DNA of 64,000 nt from Candidatus Methylacidiphilales bacterium (GTDB taxonomy: Bacteria > Verrucomicrobiota > Verrucomicrobiia > Methylacidiphilales > UBA1321): contig CBDDEB010000004.1 of NCBI GenBank assembly GCA_965226715.1, positions 1,098,761 to 1,162,760 of the forward strand, given 5' to 3'. A program made the position numbers and the translations under genes. Of this stretch, positions 10,881 to 18,688 are shown piece after piece. Under the pieces are notes generated by a model. The model was not told where the DNA came from, made no database searches, and worked only from the letters and a program-made list of their open reading frames with translations. How positions within the stretch are numbered: the stretch's first letter is position 1; every line of letters starts with the position of its first letter.

Positions 10881-13766
10881 TTACTTGGAGGACTGGGCGT
10901 TCATGGTCACGGTGAAGGTATAGGGTCCGCTAAAAGTACGGCGAGGACGGGCGGTCTCGGTCATGGCATCGCCGTCCAGCTTCAGGCAGGGATCGTCCGT
11001 CAGCACAATGGTCGTTTTTCCATTGGCCACTTCCACGTGATCGATTTTGAACATGTTGTTGATGTTCTTTTGTTCGCTGAAACCGTAGGCGGAGCCGCTC
11101 ATTTTATACGAGCCATAGGTGAGCGAAAGCCAGCGTCCCTGCAGTTCGTTGCCCGCGGGCAGGCTGGCCGAGGTGATAAAAGCGTCCTGCGAGGCTCCAT
11201 CGACTTTGCGGGTGACTCCGACGATGGGTCCCTGATAGTGATCCACCTTGGAGGCGACTTCTCCGCCGGGGTAGTCAAATTTCGTGCCATCGAAAATCCA
11301 TGCCTTCGATCCCCCGGCGCTCTTGGAAACGAGGCCAATGCGTCCGTTCAAAGTCAGCGTTTTGTCCGCCGAAGCGACCGGTTGTGTAGCCGCTTCAGGA
11401 TGGAGAGCATATCCGTTGAGGTTGATCAGGTAGGTGTCTTGCCGGTTGTCTTTGAAGGTGACCTTCACGCCAACCACATCCGGGCTCGGATTGAGCAAAG
11501 GAACCGTTTCAACCTTCTCGATACCGCTGCCGAGGCTATCGGAGGGTTCAAGCACGGAAACAAAAGTGCTCTGTAAATCCTCCTTGCCGTCGCCCTGGTG
11601 ACGTACCATGAGACTGGGTCTCCATTGGTTTTTAGTGAAGAGGGTCTCGGTATCGCCTTTTTTCGGCGCATCCGCTTTGGCATCGTCGGATTTATCGACC
11701 GGCATATCGCTCGTAGTGGCGCCCCGACCGGCCACAGGACTTTTCCCGAGATATACGGCATACGAGCCGTCATTCACCAAGTGGATCCGTGTCCCCTTTG
11801 CCGGCTCCGTCTCATTGGCAAACGTCACATTTCCCACACCCGTTTCTGGTCCGGTGCTCATGTCCCGGAAAGTCCCGTACAAGTCGGGCCCAAAGGCATC
11901 GGGAGCGGACCATTTTTCGCCATTGGGAAGGAGCGGGTAGTCGGAATCGATGTGGGTAAGAGGGAAGCTCGCAGCACCCGTCTGGGCCGTGGTGATGGAG
12001 CCGTGGAGAAAGTAGTCATGGACCTGGCCGCCGCCCACGCGGAAGACGTCGAGCACATAGGGATGCGAGGGGTCGGAGCCATTCAGGACATCCAGGCGCT
12101 GGTAACGACAATTGGGAACCGGCGCATAGGCCCAGGAGGCATCGACATCCGACACAGCGATGCCGTCGCTGTTCTCCTCGAACAGGTTAAGGTTGCCGTT
12201 AACGAACATCCCGCCGCCGAAACTGTGGGGCTGGCCGGACCGGTTGATCGTGACGGTGTTATGGCCCATGGTAACATCGACAAACGCGCGGCCAGTGGCG
12301 CGGAAATAAGGTATGTTGCTTAACATATCCTCGCCAGCGGAGAAGAGCACAACTCCAAGCGACCCATCCTGGATGTGATTGGCCCGGGTGTTGAACGCCA
12401 CATAAAAATGGGTCGGTTTGTCATTGCCGCCGCTGCCCAGGAGAGCCAGGCCATAAGCAGGAGCCAGCTTGCTGACCCCGTTGTTTGCCTTGCGATTCGG
12501 ATCGGGATTGAACTTATAGATCGGCGTGTCATCGAAGGGGGCGGCATTGCCGTTGGGGAGAGAAAACGAGTCGTAAATCGAGTCTATGTTTTCAAAGGTG
12601 GCCACCAGTTTCTTCGTTGCATCAAGAATTGCCTGATCCTTGGCATCGGTTGGTTTGCGAACGTCGAAATACTTGATCACATTTTTCGTGGCAGCTTCAT
12701 TGATACCCGACACGTGGCTCCCATACATGATCGACTCGGGATCCATGCCGTCCCGCCCGAAGTTGTCCAGCGCCGCCGCCAGGTACTTGTTCATGTAGTC
12801 GATATAATCGGGACGATTGAAGTCAAGGGCGCACTCCGGCAGGACGATGAAGGGATTGGAGAGATTGCTCGCCGTCGCCGTGCTCAGGGGCATCTTATAA
12901 ACAAAGAAATCGCCGATATTGAAAAAGAGATCGCGAGCGATATGGGCCCGGACATCGTAGCCTTTTTCCTTGCTCAAGGTTTGGAGGGCTTCGCTGTCAT
13001 AAATCCGCTCAAAGGCAGCCATGGCAAAGCCGGGCCATTCGTGCGCCCATGAGTTGTGATTGCTGTTACGGCAAATGTCCCACCCTACTTTCTCGAAATC
13101 GGCCTGCGATTGGGGAAGACGATCGCTGCGCATTGCCACCCAATAATGAGGGAAAGAGGTCGCCCACGCGTCGAGGGCCAGCGCCACGCGACGCGCCACG
13201 GCTTCATCGTGCGACGACGCGTAACTCGAGGAGAGTTGGTTGAGGGCTTTTTCAATGTACCCTGTTTTGAAATCATCTATTTGGGCCTGAATGCGGCACT
13301 TGCCCTTCGGGGTGTGATAGTAAGGAACATCGACTTCCTTAAAGTCCATATCCACGCCCTTTTCGATCTCGGGCGGCTGGGATTGGGGATAAAGCTGTCC
13401 GTTGCGCGAGTCCTTGACCTGGTTAGGGTTGTGAGGATCCCATTGCCAATACTTGGAGTCGGCCCCATCGGGCATCGACTGCTTCATCTTGGGACTGCTG
13501 GTCGGCACGATGGCAAGCCATTGCTCATCGGTAAATTCGGTCATGAGTTTTTGACCTTGTCCGGAAACGCCGCCTGTCTTGCCGCCGGGTTCGAATGGAT
13601 TAGCCAAAGGATGCTTCAGCGGGTCATCGGGATTCCATGCCGCCGTCTGCGGAGTCATGTCGGCGGAAAGGTGGAGACAACCAGCCGCCACCACCCCAAA
13701 CGCGAGGAGAAGAAATCGAATGGAACGGAAAGGACAAGTTGTCGGTCTAACGGTCGTCGAAATCAT
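10881..13766 (-). CDS. Large secreted heparinase II/III-like polysaccharide lyase
   Basis: 961 aa with a signal peptide. DGMDPESIMYG, LPNG..PFDD, GHNTVTIN and YVLDVFRVGGG..HDYFLHG follow the HepII/III-like layout. Confidence 0.7.
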   Translation of the reverse strand: MISTTVRPTTCPFRSIRFLLLAFGVVAAGCLHLSADMTPQTAAWNPDDPLKHPLANPFEPGGKTGGVSGQGQKLMTEFTDEQWLAIVPTSSPKMKQSMPDGADSKYWQWDPHNPNQVKDSRNGQLYPQSQPPEIEKGVDMDFKEVDVPYYHTPKGKCRIQAQIDDFKTGYIEKALNQLSSSYASSHDEAVARRVALALDAWATSFPHYWVAMRSDRLPQSQADFEKVGWDICRNSNHNSWAHEWPGFAMAAFERIYDSEALQTLSKEKGYDVRAHIARDLFFNIGDFFVYKMPLSTATASNLSNPFIVLPECALDFNRPDYIDYMNKYLAAALDNFGRDGMDPESIMYGSHVSGINEAATKNVIKYFDVRKPTDAKDQAILDATKKLVATFENIDSIYDSFSLPNGNAAPFDDTPIYKFNPDPNRKANNGVSKLAPAYGLALLGSGGNDKPTHFYVAFNTRANHIQDGSLGVVLFSAGEDMLSNIPYFRATGRAFVDVTMGHNTVTINRSGQPHSFGGGMFVNGNLNLFEENSDGIAVSDVDASWAYAPVPNCRYQRLDVLNGSDPSHPYVLDVFRVGGGQVHDYFLHGSITTAQTGAASFPLTHIDSDYPLLPNGEKWSAPDAFGPDLYGTFRDMSTGPETGVGNVTFANETEPAKGTRIHLVNDGSYAVYLGKSPVAGRGATTSDMPVDKSDDAKADAPKKGDTETLFTKNQWRPSLMVRHQGDGKEDLQSTFVSVLEPSDSLGSGIEKVETVPLLNPSPDVVGVKVTFKDNRQDTYLINLNGYALHPEAATQPVASADKTLTLNGRIGLVSKSAGGSKAWIFDGTKFDYPGGEVASKVDHYQGPIVGVTRKVDGASQDAFITSASLPAGNELQGRWLSLTYGSYKMSGSAYGFSEQKNINNMFKIDHVEVANGKTTIVLTDDPCLKLDGDAMTETARPRRTFSGPYTFTVTMNAQSSK

Positions 13767-13912
13767 AAAGATATTTCCTGTCTATGCTCTGGTTGAGGGC
13801 CCGGGGTCATTTTTGCGCAGACTCATCCGAGATAGGACGGGCTGCTTCGGTCACTTAAGTTAGCGGGCATGGTACTAATAAACGGACCCTCATGTGAATA
13901 GTTGCGATGATT

Positions 13913-13931
13913 GTAAACGAACCGCGTTTAC
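13913..13931. promoter_or_regulatory. Candidate operator: inverted repeat GTAAACG-N5-CGTTTAC
   Basis: Perfect 7-bp arms in the divergent intergenic region between the lyase and kduI. Confidence 0.35.
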
Positions 13932-14062
13932 CACGCCAGTGACTTTTTCGTAATACGGCGTAAAAGCGGCCTTGCTTACCTGAAACTCGGAATTCGTCTA
14001 TTTTCTTCTTGTTGGCCAACAGCGCCTGGGCAAAGCTCACTGCTCCTCGCTCCGATCCAGCC

Positions 14063-14893
14063 ATGCAAACTCTCTTCGCCGTCAGCCGCGAGCAATCCCA
14101 AAGAATGTCCACGCGCGAACTGCGCGAAGCCTTTTTGATCGACACCCTTTTCGTCCCGGAAGCCGTCCGGCTGGTTTATTGGGAAACGGACCGTGCCGTC
14201 ATCGGCTCGGCCGTACCGCTGCAGGCGCCGCTCCGGCTCGAAACGGACAAGGAGCTGGCCTCGGAATATTTCTGCGAACGCCGGGAAGCCGGCATCATCA
14301 ACATCGGCGCGGCGGGAAAAATCACCGTGGATGGCACGGCCCATGATCTGGCCCCTCTTGACTGTCTCTACCTCGGACGCGGCAGCCGCGACATCGCCTT
14401 CACCAGCGACGATCCGAAAAATCCCGCCCGATTTTTCATCATGAGTTACCCGGCCCATGCCGTTCATCCCACCACCCTGGGGAAAAAGGCGCAGGCCAAA
14501 CAAATCAAGCTCGGCAGCCAGGAAACCGCCAATCAGCGGACCATTTATCAATTCATTCACGAGGAGGGCATCAAGAGTTGCCAGTTGGTCATGGGCTTCA
14601 CCCAGCTCGACCCGGGAAGCGTCTGGAATACCATGCCGCCCCATACACATCTGCGCCGCTCGGAGGTCTACCTTTATTTTAATGTTCCGGACGACGCCGC
14701 AGTGTTCCATTTCATGGGTCCCGGCGACGAAACCCGGCATCTGACCGTCCACTCGGGCCAGGCCGTGGCGTCGCCCATCTGGTCCATCCATTCCGGGTGC
14801 GGCACCCGCGCCTACTCGTTCATCTGGGCCATGGGCGGCGAGAACCAACGGTTCGCCGACATGGACGGCATCGCGATTCCCGACCTGCGCTGA
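14063..14893 (+). CDS. kduI: 5-dehydro-4-deoxy-D-glucuronate isomerase
   Basis: Motifs ERREAGIINIG, WNTMPPHTHLRRSEVYLYF, SPIWSIHSG and WAMGGENQ. Start at ATG 14063. Confidence 0.95.
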   Translation: MQTLFAVSREQSQRMSTRELREAFLIDTLFVPEAVRLVYWETDRAVIGSAVPLQAPLRLETDKELASEYFCERREAGIINIGAAGKITVDGTAHDLAPLDCLYLGRGSRDIAFTSDDPKNPARFFIMSYPAHAVHPTTLGKKAQAKQIKLGSQETANQRTIYQFIHEEGIKSCQLVMGFTQLDPGSVWNTMPPHTHLRRSEVYLYFNVPDDAAVFHFMGPGDETRHLTVHSGQAVASPIWSIHSGCGTRAYSFIWAMGGENQRFADMDGIAIPDLR

Positions 14894-14920
14894 ACTACTT
14901 TGCCGCCGCCCACGAGAGTT

Positions 14921-15691
14921 ATGCCCACCCTCGATTCATTCCGGCTGGAGGGAAAGATCGCCCTGGTCACCGGCTGCAAGCGCGGGATCGGTCTGGCCAT
15001 GGCCGAAGGCCTGGCCGAGGCGGGGGCCGATATCATCGGCGTCAGCGCGTCGCTGGAAGCGTCCGGCAGCGAAGTGGAGAAGAGAGTCGTCGCGGCGGGA
15101 CGCAAGTTCTGGCCTTACCAATGCGACTTTTCGGACCGCGCGTCGCTCTACGCCTTCATCGGGGAGGTCAAGGCGCGCCATCCTCGCATCGATATCCTGG
15201 TCAATAATGCGGGCACGATTCTACGCGAGACGGCGGCTGACCATTCCGACGAGTTCTGGGACAAAGTCATCGAGGTTAATCTCAATTCGCAATTTGTCCT
15301 CAGCCGGGAACTGGGCAAAGAAATGGTCGCCCGGGGCGCGGGCAAAATCATCTTCACCGCCTCGCTGCTGACGTTTCAGGGCGGAATCCGCGTGCCCGGT
15401 TACGCGGCGAGCAAGGGCGGCATCGGCCAGCTCACCATGGCTCTTTCCAATGAGTGGATGGGCAAGGGCGTTTGCGTCAACGCCATTGCTCCCGGTTATG
15501 TTTCCACCGACAATACCGAGGCATTACGGAACGATCCGGCCCGCAGCCAGGCGATCCTCGACCGGATTCCGGCCAATCGTTGGGGCCAGCCGGAAGATTT
15601 CAAAGGACCGGTGGTTTTCCTGGCCAGCGCGGCCTCCGACTACGTCAGCGGTCATATCCTCGTCGTGGACGGCGGCTGGATGGCCCGTTAG
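14921..15691 (+). CDS. kduD: 2-dehydro-3-deoxy-D-gluconate 5-dehydrogenase (SDR)
   Basis: Motifs TGCKRGIG, NNAG, FQGGIRVPGYAASK and VDGGWMAR. Lies directly after kduI. Confidence 0.92.
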   Translation: MPTLDSFRLEGKIALVTGCKRGIGLAMAEGLAEAGADIIGVSASLEASGSEVEKRVVAAGRKFWPYQCDFSDRASLYAFIGEVKARHPRIDILVNNAGTILRETAADHSDEFWDKVIEVNLNSQFVLSRELGKEMVARGAGKIIFTASLLTFQGGIRVPGYAASKGGIGQLTMALSNEWMGKGVCVNAIAPGYVSTDNTEALRNDPARSQAILDRIPANRWGQPEDFKGPVVFLASAASDYVSGHILVVDGGWMAR

Positions 15692-15800
15692 CCGGAAAAT
15701 TCAGGCGTGCGGTCCACGCGGCACGGGATCCAAGCCCGCCCGCGACGCCATTAATATCTGGAAAAACCGCGCACGCCGGGCGAGATTGGTCCTCCCTCCC

Positions 15801-16400
15801 ATGTCCGACATTCATCCCATCTATACGCAGATGTTGAGCCGCGCCGAGCGCGAGAAAAAGCTCGGACAACGCGCGAAGGTCATCTGGCTCTACGGGCTTT
15901 CCGGTTCCGGCAAAAGCACGCTCGCCACCGCGCTGGAGAACCGGCTTTTTTCGGAAGGCTTCGTCACCACCCATCTGGACGGCGACAATCTGCGCGACGG
16001 CCTTAACCGGGGCCTCGGTTTCAGCGACTCGGACCGCGAGGAAAACATCCGGCGCGTGGCCGAGGTCTCCAAGCTTTTCGTACAGTCGGGCCTCATTTGC
16101 CTCAACTCGTTCATCACGCCTCGCGAATCGTTGCGGCAGCTCGCGCGAGGCATTCTGGGCGAGGAAAACCTGCTCGAAGTTTACGTCGAATGCTCCTTCG
16201 AGGTTTGCCGGAGCCGGGATGTAAAGGGGCTTTACCGGAAGGTCGACGCCGGGCTCGTTCCCAACTTCACCGGCAAGGAATCGGCCTTCGAACCTCCGGC
16301 CCGGCCGCACCTTATTTTGAATACAGAAGCGACGCCCTTGGAGGAATCTCTAGAAACCCTATATTCTTTTGTGCTTGGGAAAATCAAAATCGCGGCCTAA
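15801..16400 (+). CDS. cysC: Adenylyl-sulfate kinase
   Basis: P-loop GLSGSGKST, plus LDGDNLR and RDVKGLY. Start at ATG 15801. Confidence 0.94.
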   Translation: MSDIHPIYTQMLSRAEREKKLGQRAKVIWLYGLSGSGKSTLATALENRLFSEGFVTTHLDGDNLRDGLNRGLGFSDSDREENIRRVAEVSKLFVQSGLICLNSFITPRESLRQLARGILGEENLLEVYVECSFEVCRSRDVKGLYRKVDAGLVPNFTGKESAFEPPARPHLILNTEATPLEESLETLYSFVLGKIKIAA

Positions 16401-16418
16401 CGTCCTTGGTTCCGCGTC

Positions 16419-17324
16419 ATGAGTTCGTACAACCTTTCCCATCTCAAGCAGCTCGAGCACGAGGCGATTTACGTCCTGCGCGAAGTCGCGGCCCAGTTCG
16501 AGCGGCCCGTCTTGCTTTTCTCCGGCGGCAAGGATTCAATCGTCATGGTGCGGCTGGCTCAGCGCGCCTTTTATCCCGCAGCCATTCCGTTTCCGCTGCT
16601 CCATATCGACACCGGCCACAATTTTACCGAGACGATCGAATACCGCGACTGGCTGGTGAACAAGGTCGGCGCCCGGCTGCTCGTGCGGACGGTGCAGGAT
16701 TCGATCGACAAGGGCCGATGCGTTGAGGAAAAGGGCGTCAACCCGAGCCGCAACGCGCTCCAGACCGTGACGCTGCTCGATGCGCTGGAGGAACTCCGCG
16801 CCGATGCCGCGATTGGCGGCGCGCGCCGGGACGAGGAAAAAGCGCGGGCCAAGGAGCGCTTCTTTTCGCACCGGGACGAGTTCGGCCAGTGGGACCCGAA
16901 GAACCAGCGGCCCGAGCTTTGGAACATCTTCAACGGGCGCCTGCACCAGGGCGAACATTTCCGCGTCTTTCCCCTGAGCAACTGGACCGAGATGGACGTG
17001 TGGCAGTATATCGCGTCGGAAAAGATCGAGATTCCGTCGCTCTACTTCAGCCATCGACGCGAAGTGGTCGACCGCCGCGGGATTCTTTTGGCCCGGTCCG
17101 ACTTCAATACGCTGCTGCCGGGCGAGGCCTACGAGGAGCGGACCGTCCGCTTCCGCACCGTGGGCGACGTCACCTGCACCGGTGCGGTCGAGTCGGGCGC
17201 GCGGACGCTCGATGACATCATCCAGGAAGTCGCCGCGGCGCGCCAAACTGAACGCGGCACCCGCGCCGACGACAAGCGGAGCGAGAACGCGATGGAAGAC
17301 CGCAAAAAGGCGGGATACTTCTAA
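16419..17324 (+). CDS. cysD: Sulfate adenylyltransferase subunit 2
   Basis: Motifs FSGGKDS, GGARRDEEKARAKER and QRPELW. Confidence 0.96.
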   Translation: MSSYNLSHLKQLEHEAIYVLREVAAQFERPVLLFSGGKDSIVMVRLAQRAFYPAAIPFPLLHIDTGHNFTETIEYRDWLVNKVGARLLVRTVQDSIDKGRCVEEKGVNPSRNALQTVTLLDALEELRADAAIGGARRDEEKARAKERFFSHRDEFGQWDPKNQRPELWNIFNGRLHQGEHFRVFPLSNWTEMDVWQYIASEKIEIPSLYFSHRREVVDRRGILLARSDFNTLLPGEAYEERTVRFRTVGDVTCTGAVESGARTLDDIIQEVAAARQTERGTRADDKRSENAMEDRKKAGYF

Positions 17325-17326
17325 AT

Positions 17327-18622
17327 ATGGACCTTCTACGCTTCACTACGGCCGGCTCGGTTGACGACGGGAAGAGCACGCTCATCGGGCGGCTGCTTTA
17401 CGATTCCAAATCGATTTTCGAGGACCAGCTCGAAGCCATCGAGGCTTACGGCGAGGCGCGCGGCCAGACCGGCGTGGACCTGGCGCTGCTGACCGACGGG
17501 CTGCGCTCCGAGCGCGAGCAGGGCATCACCATCGACGTGGCCTACCGCTATTTTGCCACGCCGCGCCGCAAGTTCATCGTCGCCGACACGCCGGGCCACA
17601 TCCAGTACACGCGCAACATGGTCACCGGCGCGTCGACCGCGAACCTGGCCATCATCCTCATCGACGCGCGCAAGGGTATCCTCGAGCAGACGCATCGCCA
17701 TTCGTTCATTGCCTCCTTGCTCCACATCAAGCATCTCATCGTCTGCGTCAACAAGATGGACCTCGTCGGCTTCAGCCAGGAGGTTTTCGACCAGATCGTT
17801 GACGACTACAAGGAGTTCGCCTCGCGCCTCGACGTGCCCGACATCCGCTTCATTCCGGTCAGCGCGCTCAACGGCGACAACGTGGTCGATAAATCGCAGA
17901 ACATGCCCTGGTATGACGGCGCGCCGCTGCTTTCGACGCTCGAGACCACGTATATCGGCAGCGACCTGAACCATGTCGACCCGCGCTTTCCCGTGCAGTA
18001 CGTCCTCCGCCCCCAAACGACCGAGTGGCACGATTATCGCGGTTTCGCGGGGCGCGTCGCCAGCGGCGTCTTCAAGCCGGGCGATGAGATCGTCGCCATG
18101 CCGTCGGGATTCACCAGCCGCATCAAGTCGATCAACTCGATGCAGGAGGACGTGAAGGAGGCCTTCAGCCCGATGTCGGTCGCGATCACGCTCGAGGACG
18201 AAATCGACATCAGCCGCGGCGACATGATCGCCAAGCCGAACAACATGCCGCGGGCCACGCAGGACATCGAGGTCATGCTCTGCTGGTTCCATGAAAAGCC
18301 GCTCGTGCCGAACGGGCGCTACTTTCTCCGTCACACCACGCGCGACTGCAAGGCGATCATCAAGGAAGTGCGCTACAAGGTCGACATCAACACGCTCCAC
18401 AAAAACGAGAAGGACCTCCGGCTCGGCATGAACGAGATTGGGCGGGTTCGCCTGCGCACCACGGTGCCGCTTTTCGTCGATTCCTACGCGACGAACCGCA
18501 ACACCGGCGGCTTGATCCTGATCGACGAGGAGACGAACAACACCGTCGCCGCGGGCATGATCCTCGAGGCCGCCGCACGGACCGCGCCCTTCCCCGGCGG
18601 GTTCACCGATCCCTCGATCTAG
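17327..18622 (+). CDS. cysN: Sulfate adenylyltransferase subunit 1 (GTPase)
   Basis: Motifs GSVDDGKST, EREQGITIDVAYRYF, DTPGH and NKMD. Confidence 0.96.
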   Translation: MDLLRFTTAGSVDDGKSTLIGRLLYDSKSIFEDQLEAIEAYGEARGQTGVDLALLTDGLRSEREQGITIDVAYRYFATPRRKFIVADTPGHIQYTRNMVTGASTANLAIILIDARKGILEQTHRHSFIASLLHIKHLIVCVNKMDLVGFSQEVFDQIVDDYKEFASRLDVPDIRFIPVSALNGDNVVDKSQNMPWYDGAPLLSTLETTYIGSDLNHVDPRFPVQYVLRPQTTEWHDYRGFAGRVASGVFKPGDEIVAMPSGFTSRIKSINSMQEDVKEAFSPMSVAITLEDEIDISRGDMIAKPNNMPRATQDIEVMLCWFHEKPLVPNGRYFLRHTTRDCKAIIKEVRYKVDINTLHKNEKDLRLGMNEIGRVRLRTTVPLFVDSYATNRNTGGLILIDEETNNTVAAGMILEAAARTAPFPGGFTDPSI

Positions 18623-18688
18623 AGCGGTCCGCCGATTCGAGCTTTTCGCCTGCGCCTGACGAGGGCCATGAATAGCAGCGGAACGAAA

